Shown: positions 31,428 to 40,396 of the stretch, in pieces
Layout of the letters: each line of letters opens with the position of its first letter
Position numbering within the stretch: the stretch's first letter is position 1
NCBI GenBank assembly: GCA_049472315.1
Contig: JBLIRN010000004.1
Coordinates: 32,001 to 96,000, forward strand
Direction of reading: 5' to 3'
Source: a bacterium
Lineage (GTDB): Bacteria; SZUA-182; DTGQ01; JAFGSM01
DNA length: 64,000 nucleotides
Notes under the pieces: model-generated
Databases searched by the model: none
Told to the model about the DNA's origin: nothing
The model's input: only the letters and a program-made list of their open reading frames with translations
Made by a program: the position numbers and the translations under genes

Positions 31428-31703
31428 TTACAGAATGTCCTTTAACCCTTTACCCGGTTTGAATTTTACAACCTTTCTGGCCGGTATCTTTAGCTCGGCG
31501 CCTGTCTGAGGGTTACGACCTACCCTGGATTTACGGCTGGCAACCGAGAACGTCCCAAAGCCGATAAGCGTAATATTTTCCCCCTTCTTCAGCGCGCCCT
31601 TTACGCCATCGACGAACGCATTCAGTGACTTTTCAGCCGCCACCTTACTAATACCAGCCTCTCCAGCCATTCTTTCCACCAAATCCGCCTTATTCAACCC
31701 CAT
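31428..31703 (-). CDS. hup: DNA-binding protein HU
   Basis: NKADLV, LIGFGTF, GRNPQTG and KFKPGK.LK. Confidence 0.97.
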   Translation of the reverse strand: MGLNKADLVERMAGEAGISKVAAEKSLNAFVDGVKGALKKGENITLIGFGTFSVASRKSRVGRNPQTGAELKIPARKVVKFKPGKGLKDIL

Positions 31704-32101
31704 CCCTCCTTTCTCATGTTACTGTATGGTTAAATAGACCTGCAAAACAACAATAACATCCGGTACACGTTATTAGATACTATAACCCTCAATCGTTGTC
31801 AAGTCTTTAATTTCCCCAAAATGGTTTCTCTGTCTATTTCTACAGGCAAGGCAGATCTATTTGTTTGATTTTTTTGAATAAATGTATTTACATCCAATAT
31901 CTGATAAACGAAAAAATGACCCCTTTCATTCCCCCCAATTCCAATTTCAAATCGCGAATTCTGGAGCATGGACAGACTTATCTACCTCCTATGGCGCAAG
32001 TCCAAAAACGGAAATCCCTTTTTCCCCGCCGATTATTTTGCATCCGGATGATTTCCCTGGTACACTATGTTTTTTTTTCATAACAATGGTATTATTAAAG
32101 T

Positions 32102-32878
32102 ATGAATAAGAATAGAGACATCAGCAGTACCGTTATCCTGATCCTACTCCTCGTTGTGATCTCGGGCCTGGTGTTCTATCTGTTTTTCTATCCCGGATCC
32201 AAGCCGAAATCCCCTCCCTTGATGGAGGCGGTTGACCCAAACGTCAACATCTTCCTTCCTCCCTCCCTTGACACCAGATACAAGGGGAAGGATGTGTATG
32301 TCATCGATCCACGGGCAAAGGTGCGGATGGAGCCGCGATCGGATGCCACGGTCGTTGCGGAGAAAAAAAGGGGGGACCAGCTCACCGTGATCGGCGCAAA
32401 CGAGGGATGGTTCGAGGTGGAATTCGATGACAAGAGGGGATGGATCCTCAGGGAGCAGGTCATCGACAGGCTCCCCTCCTCACGGAAGTCGGAAAAACCC
32501 GCCCGAACTCCTGATACCGAGCCCCAGGACAATATCCAGGTCCTTGATCAGCTCAGGGCGGATACGGATAATATAGCAGCCTTCATCAACCAGAGGGCAA
32601 CGGAGCTGTTCGGTCAGGAAATGGTCTCAGGATTCGAGATACGTGATGGCGGAAAAAGACTTACCATGTATGTGACCAAGGCATGGTATATCCTGCCGCC
32701 GTTCCAGAAGCAGGTCATGATAAATCTTGTAGCCATGCGATACGGTAATCAAACCTGTATTCACGGCGTCAGAACCGAATGCTCCCCGAATGATTTCCCC
32801 TACATCAATTTTCTCAATCCCGACAACAAGGAGATTGCCCGGGTGGGACCGAACCAACCCATGCAGATATTCGAGTAA
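32102..32878 (+). CDS. Membrane-anchored SH3b-domain protein
   Basis: N-terminal TM; VRMEP...GDQLTVIG..EGWFEV..GWI. Confidence 0.8.
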   Translation: MNKNRDISSTVILILLLVVISGLVFYLFFYPGSKPKSPPLMEAVDPNVNIFLPPSLDTRYKGKDVYVIDPRAKVRMEPRSDATVVAEKKRGDQLTVIGANEGWFEVEFDDKRGWILREQVIDRLPSSRKSEKPARTPDTEPQDNIQVLDQLRADTDNIAAFINQRATELFGQEMVSGFEIRDGGKRLTMYVTKAWYILPPFQKQVMINLVAMRYGNQTCIHGVRTECSPNDFPYINFLNPDNKEIARVGPNQPMQIFE

Positions 32879-32964
32879 AACCTCATCCTTCCCATGCGGC
32901 CCACACCGCTGAGACATGCAGAAAATATCGGGGGGCTTCGCCCCCGCCTTAGAAGGGGGACACA

Positions 32965-35142
32965 CTAAATCAACGGCTTTCCACCCGGGGTCCCGCCCAG
33001 GCCGCCTCCGAAAAATCCCCCGCCGATTCCTCCGCCGACCCCGGGGATACCTCCCCCAAGGACACCACCGCCAAGACCAATTCCGCCTGCCCCAGGACCA
33101 GTCATCACCGGCGTCATCGCCGGGGTAACCACCGGCGCGGGAACTACGACCGGCGTGGTAACCGGTGCCGTAACCATGGGTGTCACCGGCGCAGCCGGCG
33201 GCATAACATTCGGCACCGCACCGCCGATCCCTCCTCCGACTCCGGGGATGCCTCCACCGGGTACACCACCGCCAAGACCAGGTCCACCTCCCCCCGGACC
33301 CGCCATTAACGGGATCATTGGCGGGGTAACCACCGGCGCGGGAACAGTGACCGGAATGGTGACCGGCACCGTTACCGCCGGCGTCACCGGCGCAGCCGGC
33401 GGTATAACCACCGGCACTGCAGGGGCCGGGGCCACCGGAGCGGTCACCACCGGCGCCGGTGTTACCGCTGCAGGAGGTAGCACAGCCACCGGCACGGTCA
33501 CCGCAGGGACCAGGGTAACCGGGGTCGTAACGGCCGGTACCGGTGTTGCGGGCAGTGCAGCAGGCGGCACCACTACGGGTGTGCCCACAGGGGCCGGGGT
33601 GATTCCAACCGGGGCCACCGCCGTGGGAGGGGTGATTGCAGCCGGGGGCACCACGGTAACGGGTGGTGTGGGAACAACGGTTGGGGTAACCACGGGAATC
33701 GCACCCGGAACCTGGGGAGCAGGCGCAGGGGCAGGGCCGGCAACGGCTATCGGCGTCGAAGGCAAAGCAATCCCAGGTAACGGTGAAGGTGCCTGGGACA
33801 GATGGCTGAGCAGGGAAAGCAGGAAATCAGGGATCCCGCCAGGCAGGGGGATCTCCAGATCAGGGTTCTGAAGCAATGCCATACCCAGGAGGACATCCCC
33901 CAGGCCATACAGCCCGCCCAGGCCGCCGTAGAGCCCAAAGAGATCTGTCCCGCCGTACAGACCATAGCCGCCGTACAGGCCCATTCCGCCGTATAATCCG
34001 AGTCCTCCGTATAACCCCATTCCGCCGTAGAGCCCACCCAGACCATACAGACCGCCCATACCATATAAGCCTCCCAGTCCACCGGAGAGCCCGAAGAGTC
34101 CCATCCCGCCATAGAGGCCGTAGCCGCCCCCATATGTCCCCAATAAACCCATCCCGCCGTACAGGCCGTAGCCCCCGTAAAGGCCTGCTCCTCCATATAA
34201 TCCGAGACCCCCGTATAACCCGTAGCCCCCATATAAACCCAATCCGCCATAGTATCCAAGGCCTCCGCCGAATCTTCCCACCGAACCGGCGTAGAGCCCC
34301 CCCATCCCTCCATAGATACCATAGGTACCGCCGTAATACCCATATCCTCCGCCATATCCGCCGATTGAGCCAGCCGGATAGATGAGACCGGGATAGGAAA
34401 TGGGTACATATCCTCCGGCAATGACTACCTGCGAGGTGTTCGAGGAATCATTCCCGGAATCTCCTGAATCGGCATCGGTCTGCGTATCGTCGGGGAGTAG
34501 ATTCGCCTCCTCTCCGGCGAGATGGATGAAGACCAATCCAAAATCCTTCCCATCAATCTTTCTGGTAAGCTGGAATGATTCACGGGGATCATTGGAGGAC
34601 CAACCCTGGTCAAGCAGGTGCACATTCGTATCGAGGTATATGTCATACGGGCCCGTCTTCTGCCCGGTAACAGGATCCTTCGACCATAACCAGATATTTC
34701 CGACGTAACAGTCGGCTCCTCTGATTCCGATCCGTGAAACGGCTTTGAAATCGACGATGTCTTCGGCTATATCGTGCTCAAAAAAAACAGGGGTATCCTG
34801 CCCTGTTTCAAGCTCCGCAAGAGGCACCAGGTACAACGATCCCCGCTTTGATCCCGTATCACCCGTATACGGGCAATACTGAACCAATATCCTGGGCATG
34901 CGCGGATTGTATGTCTCGACAAACAGGAGAACCTCAAAGGTTTCGTTTGCCAGGCAGTAAAAGCTCAGCACCGATTTCTCCTGAATCCATGCGGCATCGT
35001 CCCTCAGGTCCAGGCTCGCATATGATGTCAGGGAATCCGTTCCCACACCATCCCTCGGAGCGCCCAGTATCATCGCATGGGATACGATGAGGAGGATCAA
35101 GAACATATGCCAAAGGCGAACACCCCTTTTTTCAATCATCAT
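32965..35142 (-). CDS. Large secreted protein with globular N-domain, GGLYG-repeat block, Pro/Val/Thr/Ala block and elastin-like Gly block
   Basis: AAGGAG SD before ATG 35142; hydrophobic N-terminal segment; clear compositional blocks. Confidence 0.85.
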   Translation of the reverse strand: MMIEKRGVRLWHMFLILLIVSHAMILGAPRDGVGTDSLTSYASLDLRDDAAWIQEKSVLSFYCLANETFEVLLFVETYNPRMPRILVQYCPYTGDTGSKRGSLYLVPLAELETGQDTPVFFEHDIAEDIVDFKAVSRIGIRGADCYVGNIWLWSKDPVTGQKTGPYDIYLDTNVHLLDQGWSSNDPRESFQLTRKIDGKDFGLVFIHLAGEEANLLPDDTQTDADSGDSGNDSSNTSQVVIAGGYVPISYPGLIYPAGSIGGYGGGYGYYGGTYGIYGGMGGLYAGSVGRFGGGLGYYGGLGLYGGYGLYGGLGLYGGAGLYGGYGLYGGMGLLGTYGGGYGLYGGMGLFGLSGGLGGLYGMGGLYGLGGLYGGMGLYGGLGLYGGMGLYGGYGLYGGTDLFGLYGGLGGLYGLGDVLLGMALLQNPDLEIPLPGGIPDFLLSLLSHLSQAPSPLPGIALPSTPIAVAGPAPAPAPQVPGAIPVVTPTVVPTPPVTVVPPAAITPPTAVAPVGITPAPVGTPVVVPPAALPATPVPAVTTPVTLVPAVTVPVAVLPPAAVTPAPVVTAPVAPAPAVPVVIPPAAPVTPAVTVPVTIPVTVPAPVVTPPMIPLMAGPGGGGPGLGGGVPGGGIPGVGGGIGGAVPNVMPPAAPVTPMVTAPVTTPVVVPAPVVTPAMTPVMTGPGAGGIGLGGGVLGGGIPGVGGGIGGGFFGGGLGGTPGGKPLI
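33019..33405 (-). repeat. Internal tandem duplication (period 201 nt = 67 codons)
   Basis: PPAAPVTP..PAPVVTP..GPG.GG.GLGGGV.GGGIPGVGGGIGG occurs twice; DNA at 33021 and 33222 aligns. Confidence 0.8.
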
Positions 35143-35799
35143 AACTCTCCTTATGTAAGGACAAAACAAGACAGGCAATCGCACCCGCTGTGTCCGACCA
35201 TTTTTCTCTTTCTCCGGTCTGCCCGCTCATGGAATTATATCCGGTGTTCCGGGCAACAGGGCCTATGGACATCGATTCTCCACGGAACCCTCGCGTTGAT
35301 TGAAAAACAAAGAGAGTTCTCCGCCTTACTGGTACTACAAGGTTTTGTGAGAAATATAGTAATGGGGGAAACGTACCAAGATATAGTGTATGTGAAGTAT
35401 ACCGATGTTTATCCTATGTCCCTTATTTATATAGTATGGTCATACCCCCTCGCTTGTCAAGCATCTGTATGGGGAAAATCCCGAGTGGTATCACCCCCCC
35501 TATTGTGATACTATAATTACAATTACATAATTCCGTTAAGAAATCCCTTTAAGAATCGCGGGGACGTACCGTTTTCATACGGCCGATGCATCCCGAGTCG
35601 ACTGCTGCTGTGTAACACCGTTACCGATGTTTATACGGGCCTTCCCTTTGAAATGGTAGGCCTTCGGCGACGATGGCCGATCCACCGCATGCAGGGCAAG
35701 GCATTTTCCCCCGACGATTTCGCGGGTTCGTGATCATCGGATACATAGTATCATACCAACACCTGGATAATCAGCTTTCAGACAGGGAGGTTTTTCAGG

Positions 35800-36720
35800 A
35801 TGCGTCTTCTCGTTGTCGGATCGATCGCCTTGGATACCATAGCCACCCCATTCGGCACCATCAACGAGGGCCTCGGCGGCTCCGCCACCTATTTCTCCTT
35901 GGCCGCACGACACTTGACGGATATCAATCTTGTTGCCGTGGTCGGCGAGGACTTCCCGCAGGAACATGTATCCCTTCTTCAGGGAAAGGGGATCGATATT
36001 GCCGGGCTTCAGAGGTCTCCGGGGAAGACCTTTCGATGGACCGGCGAGTACGGATTCGACCTCAACGAGGCCCGAACAATCGATACGCAACTTAACGTAT
36101 TTCAGGACTTCACCCCGCAACTGCCCGAGGCCTATCGCAACAGCGAATGCGTCTTTCTTGCCAATATCGATCCGGACCTCCAGAGAGAGGTCCTGGAACA
36201 GGTTGATTCACCAACTATTGTGGCGTGCGACACCATGAATTACTGGATCCAAAACAAGCCCCAATCGTTAAAAAAGACGATTGAACGGGTTGACATCGTT
36301 ATCATCAACGAGTCGGAGGTGCGGCAGCTCACCGCAGAGCCCAATCTGGTGAAGGCATCCCGCACCATTCTCTCCTGGGGGCCCAGGATATTGATCATCA
36401 AGCGGGGTGAGTACGGGGTCCTGATGTTCTCGGACGATTCGGTATTCTCGGCGCCGGCATATCCCCTCGAGGAGCTGTTTGATCCTACGGGCGCCGGAGA
36501 CAGCTTTGCCGGCGGATTCATGGGATTTCTCGCCAATGTCGGCACAGTGGACGAAACCAACGTGCGAAGAGGAATCATCATGGGAAGTGTCATGGCATCC
36601 TTTTGTGTGGAGGCATTTACCCCGCAGCGGCTGATTGACCTGAATCCTCAGGAAATCAGGAATAGATATTGCGAATTCAAACAATTAACGTGTTTCGAAG
36701 ATCTCTCCGAGATCATCTGA
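35800..36720 (+). CDS. PfkB/ribokinase-family kinase
   Basis: GSIALD, LGGSA, INESE and DPTGAGDSFAGG. Confidence 0.93.
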   Translation: MRLLVVGSIALDTIATPFGTINEGLGGSATYFSLAARHLTDINLVAVVGEDFPQEHVSLLQGKGIDIAGLQRSPGKTFRWTGEYGFDLNEARTIDTQLNVFQDFTPQLPEAYRNSECVFLANIDPDLQREVLEQVDSPTIVACDTMNYWIQNKPQSLKKTIERVDIVIINESEVRQLTAEPNLVKASRTILSWGPRILIIKRGEYGVLMFSDDSVFSAPAYPLEELFDPTGAGDSFAGGFMGFLANVGTVDETNVRRGIIMGSVMASFCVEAFTPQRLIDLNPQEIRNRYCEFKQLTCFEDLSEII

Positions 36721-36724
36721 TCCG

Positions 36725-39394
36725 ATGCAGGTTATCACCACGCATATAAACGCCGATTTCGATTCCCTCGCCTCGATGGTCGCCGCCAAGAAGCTCTATC
36801 CTGATGCGCGGATCGTTTTCCCCGGTTCACAGGAGGGAAACCTTCGCTATCTGCTGAAGATCCCCGAGTATAAGGTCAGGTATCACAAACCCAAGGAAAT
36901 CGATCTGGGCAGTATCGACCATCTGATACTGGTGGACACGCGGATGGCGGATCGTATCGGCGACCTGGCAAAGGTGCTCGATGCACCCGGACTCACGATC
37001 CACATCTTCGATCACCATCCGAGCCATCCCAATGACATCCACGGGCAGGTCGAGGTGGTCAGGCCTGTGGGCGCCACTACCACGCTCTTTGTCAAGATAT
37101 TTCAGGAGAAAGGCATCGACATAACCCCCCACGAGGCGACCATCATGGCGCTGGGCATCTATGAGGATACGGGGTGCCTGACCTTCAGTTCGACCACCGC
37201 GGATGATCTGCATGCAGCCGGATATCTCCTCGAACGGGGCGCAAACCTCAATATGGTTGCCGACCTGATCGACAGGGGATTGACCACCGGCCACATCACC
37301 ATCATGAACGAGCTCCTCAACTCCCTCGAGATCCACCCCATCAACGGTATCCCCATCCACATCGCCACGGCATCCATCGATCGGTACATGGGGGATATTG
37401 CAATTCTGGCCCACAAGATCAGGGATATCGAAAACATGGATACCCTCTTTCTTCTGGTGCGAATGGAGGACCGGGTTCACCTCGTTGCCAGGAGCCGTAT
37501 CAGCGAGGTGGACGCCGGCCTGATCGCACGGGAATTCGACGGCGGAGGGCACCATACCGCAGCCTCCGCCACCATCAAGGAAATGACCCTGGTTCAGGCA
37601 AAGGAAAAACTGCTCGCGGTTCTCCAGCACAATATCCATACACCCAAAACAGCCCAGGAGATCATGACGGCACCGGTCAAGACGGTGACCCAGCACCGGA
37701 ACATGCTGGAGGCGAAGGACCTGCTGAATCAATACAGTATCAATACCATACCGGTTACCGGAGATTCGGGTGAATTGATCGGCCTGATCACACGACAGAC
37801 CATCGATAAGGCGATCGGACACGGCATGGAGACCGTCCCGGTCAAGGAGTTGATGGTGAGCGATCTCCTCACCGTCGCCCCTGAGACCTCCATCGACAAG
37901 GTCAGGGAGCTCATGATCGAAAGCAACCAGCGATTTTTGCCCGTACTGAGGGGAGAGACCCTGGTGGGAGTGATCACCAAGACCGACCTCCTGCGGGTCC
38001 TGCACGACGACCTCTCCCGGTTGCCTCGGCCCTTTCTGTATGAAGGGATGGTGGAAAAGGGGGACTACCAGTCCAAGAACCTCACCAGCCTCATCAAGGA
38101 ACGCCTTCCTGACCAGGTGCAGGCCCTGCTCAAAACCGCCGGCGAGGTGGCCGAAGAACTGGGCTTCTCCGCTTATGTGGTGGGAGGGTTCGTCAGGGAC
38201 CTGATGCTGCGGGTGGAGAATCTGGACATCGACATCGTGGTGGAGGGGAACGGCATCCTCTTTGCCGAGTACATGCATCATAAACTCGGGGGGAGGCTGT
38301 GCTCCCACCAGAAGTTCGTCACCGCCGTACTCGTGCTCCCCGACGGATTCAAGGTGGATGTGGCAACCGCCCGATTGGAATACTATCCGAAGCCGGTCGA
38401 CCTTCCCAGCGTTGAGATGAGTTCGATAAAGCACGACCTGTTCAGGCGGGATTTCACCATCAATACGCTGTCCATCCAGTTGAATCCGCAACACTTCGGC
38501 AGGCTCATCGATTTCTTCGGCGGGCAGCGGGACCTCAAGGACAAAAAGATCCGCGTCCTGCACAGCCTCAGCTTCGTCGAGGACCCTACGCGCGTATTTC
38601 GCGCCATCCGCTTCGAACAGCGGTATGGATTCCAGATAGGCAAATATACCAGAAACCTCATCATCTCTGCCATCAAAAGGGGATTGCTTTCACGGCTTGA
38701 CGGCAAAAGGCTCTTTATCGAACTCGACCTGATCTTTCAGGAGCCCGATCCCACAAAGGCCCTGACCCGCATGGGTGAATTCAAGGTGCTCGAGCATCTC
38801 ACGCCATCCATCATCTATTCCCCGGATCTCGAGAAATTGATGATCAACGTGAGAAATGTGATTACCTGGCATGAACTGCTGTATCTCACCGAACAGATTG
38901 AAAAATGGATCGTCTATTTTTGCGCGTTGACCGATTCCCTCTCCGATCAGGAGATGATCACACTCCTGGAGCGATTCAACATATCCGCCAAGGCACGGGA
39001 CAAAATCGTCTCCTGCCACAGCACCTCCGCGCAGGTGATCAAGAGGCTCTATCGACTCAAGACGAATCAATACAGCAAGATCTACCTCCTTCTTCGTCCC
39101 ATCCCCACCGAAGGACTGCTCTATCTCATGGCCAAGTGCGAGGCATCGAGATTGAAACAGATGATCTCCCATTTTCTGACCTCCCTCAAGGGTGTTCACG
39201 TCGCCATAACCGGTGAGGATCTCAAAAAAATGGGATTCACCCCGGGCCCTTCATTCAGGGACATCTTTGAAGATTTACTCAAGGCACGCCTGGACGGTAT
39301 TGTTAAAAATATCGAGGAGGAGGCCTCATTCGTAGAGGAACGATTCGGTCACCTCCGCACCCGCACAACAAAATCCAAACAGAAGGGGGTGTGA
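36725..39394 (+). CDS. tRNA nucleotidyltransferase with DHH/DHHA1 and CBS domains (A-adding type)
   Basis: H.NADFD, DHH, GGGH..AA, two CBS, VGGFVRD..DID, DLFRRDFTIN and EDPTR.FRA.RF. Confidence 0.92.
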   Translation: MQVITTHINADFDSLASMVAAKKLYPDARIVFPGSQEGNLRYLLKIPEYKVRYHKPKEIDLGSIDHLILVDTRMADRIGDLAKVLDAPGLTIHIFDHHPSHPNDIHGQVEVVRPVGATTTLFVKIFQEKGIDITPHEATIMALGIYEDTGCLTFSSTTADDLHAAGYLLERGANLNMVADLIDRGLTTGHITIMNELLNSLEIHPINGIPIHIATASIDRYMGDIAILAHKIRDIENMDTLFLLVRMEDRVHLVARSRISEVDAGLIAREFDGGGHHTAASATIKEMTLVQAKEKLLAVLQHNIHTPKTAQEIMTAPVKTVTQHRNMLEAKDLLNQYSINTIPVTGDSGELIGLITRQTIDKAIGHGMETVPVKELMVSDLLTVAPETSIDKVRELMIESNQRFLPVLRGETLVGVITKTDLLRVLHDDLSRLPRPFLYEGMVEKGDYQSKNLTSLIKERLPDQVQALLKTAGEVAEELGFSAYVVGGFVRDLMLRVENLDIDIVVEGNGILFAEYMHHKLGGRLCSHQKFVTAVLVLPDGFKVDVATARLEYYPKPVDLPSVEMSSIKHDLFRRDFTINTLSIQLNPQHFGRLIDFFGGQRDLKDKKIRVLHSLSFVEDPTRVFRAIRFEQRYGFQIGKYTRNLIISAIKRGLLSRLDGKRLFIELDLIFQEPDPTKALTRMGEFKVLEHLTPSIIYSPDLEKLMINVRNVITWHELLYLTEQIEKWIVYFCALTDSLSDQEMITLLERFNISAKARDKIVSCHSTSAQVIKRLYRLKTNQYSKIYLLLRPIPTEGLLYLMAKCEASRLKQMISHFLTSLKGVHVAITGEDLKKMGFTPGPSFRDIFEDLLKARLDGIVKNIEEEASFVEERFGHLRTRTTKSKQKGV

Positions 39395-40107
39395 TGACTC
39401 CCCCCTCCACGAATGATTACACCATCAAGCTGCCTATATTCGAAGGTCCGATGGACCTCCTCCTCCATCTCATCAAAAAGGCACAGATAGACATCTGGGA
39501 TATCCCCATCGCCCTGATTACCGAACAGTATCTCGATTACATCCGCATGATGCAGGATCTGAATCTGGATGTAGCCGGGGATTTTCTGGTGATGGCCTCG
39601 TATCTGATGTATCTGAAGTCGAGGATACTCCTCGTTCCCGGGCCGCAAGACGACGAAGAGGACCCGGAGCAGACCCGGCTGCGACTCGCTCAACGGCTGG
39701 TTGAATACCAGGCCTGCAAGAGGGGATCGGAAATCCTTGCGCAATTTGAAGAGGAGAGGAACAGGGTCATCCCTGCCCCGGGCATCCCCATTCCCTGCGA
39801 AGAGGAAATGATCGAGGCCGACCTGTTCGATCTCTTCAATGCCTACTACCTCTTATTCAAGGAACAGATCGATCCTGCACGGCCCCATAGCGTTTCCATT
39901 GATCCGATTGCCGTCAAGGACGAGATGGCGGTAATCGAATCCACATTAAGAGTAAAGAAAAGGATATTTTTTCGTCTTATATATAGCAATTGTGACCCAG
40001 CGCGCTATATTGCCGGTTTTTTGGCACTCTTGGAGCTGGCCCGGATACATAAAATCACCATCCTTCAAGGGCACACCTTTGGGGATATAGTGATCCAGGC
40101 GGCCTGA
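39391..40107 (+). CDS. scpA: Segregation and condensation protein A
   Basis: FEGPMDLLLHLI, I..ITEQY, KSR.L and FLALLEL. Confidence 0.93.
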   Translation: MMTPPSTNDYTIKLPIFEGPMDLLLHLIKKAQIDIWDIPIALITEQYLDYIRMMQDLNLDVAGDFLVMASYLMYLKSRILLVPGPQDDEEDPEQTRLRLAQRLVEYQACKRGSEILAQFEEERNRVIPAPGIPIPCEEEMIEADLFDLFNAYYLLFKEQIDPARPHSVSIDPIAVKDEMAVIESTLRVKKRIFFRLIYSNCDPARYIAGFLALLELARIHKITILQGHTFGDIVIQAA

Positions 40108-40331
40108 ACGTTTTTATGTCCGATTGTGCCTTTGAACATACTGATGCATCCGCTTCCGAGTTTCTGCAGCCGTAGATTGGATATCATGGGAACATGCGTT
40201 TCACATGGTATTTATGCAAGAAAATTCATTCTTTATGAAAGGGAGGTTACAGTATACCTACATTATATTACAAAAAATCAAACAATTAATTGAATCTATT
40301 GGATGTGGCCCCCTGTCAGGTTATTGATTAT

Positions 40332-40348
40332 CTGGCAATATTATTGCA
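40332..40348 (+). promoter_or_regulatory. Putative sigma-54 promoter
   Basis: CTGGCAATATTATTGCA, GG-N10-GC with TTGCA, 48 nt upstream of ATG 40397, preceded by an AT-rich tract. Confidence 0.7.
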
Positions 40349-40396
40349 TAATTAAGGAGCGGATTATCTTATGCAAAGTATGAGGAGGTTTAAGAG

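Noticed and set aside
33155..33871. 238-aa Gly/Thr/Val/Ala-rich plus-strand ORF
   Set aside because: Antisense shadow of the Pro/Val/Thr block of 32965-35142; no SD or signal peptide.
36827..38563. 578-aa antisense ORF and similar long shadow ORFs (6001-7056, 20237-21313, 29533-30615, 50874-52052)
   Set aside because: They lie opposite well-conserved genes and are expected from GC-rich codon bias. No motifs.
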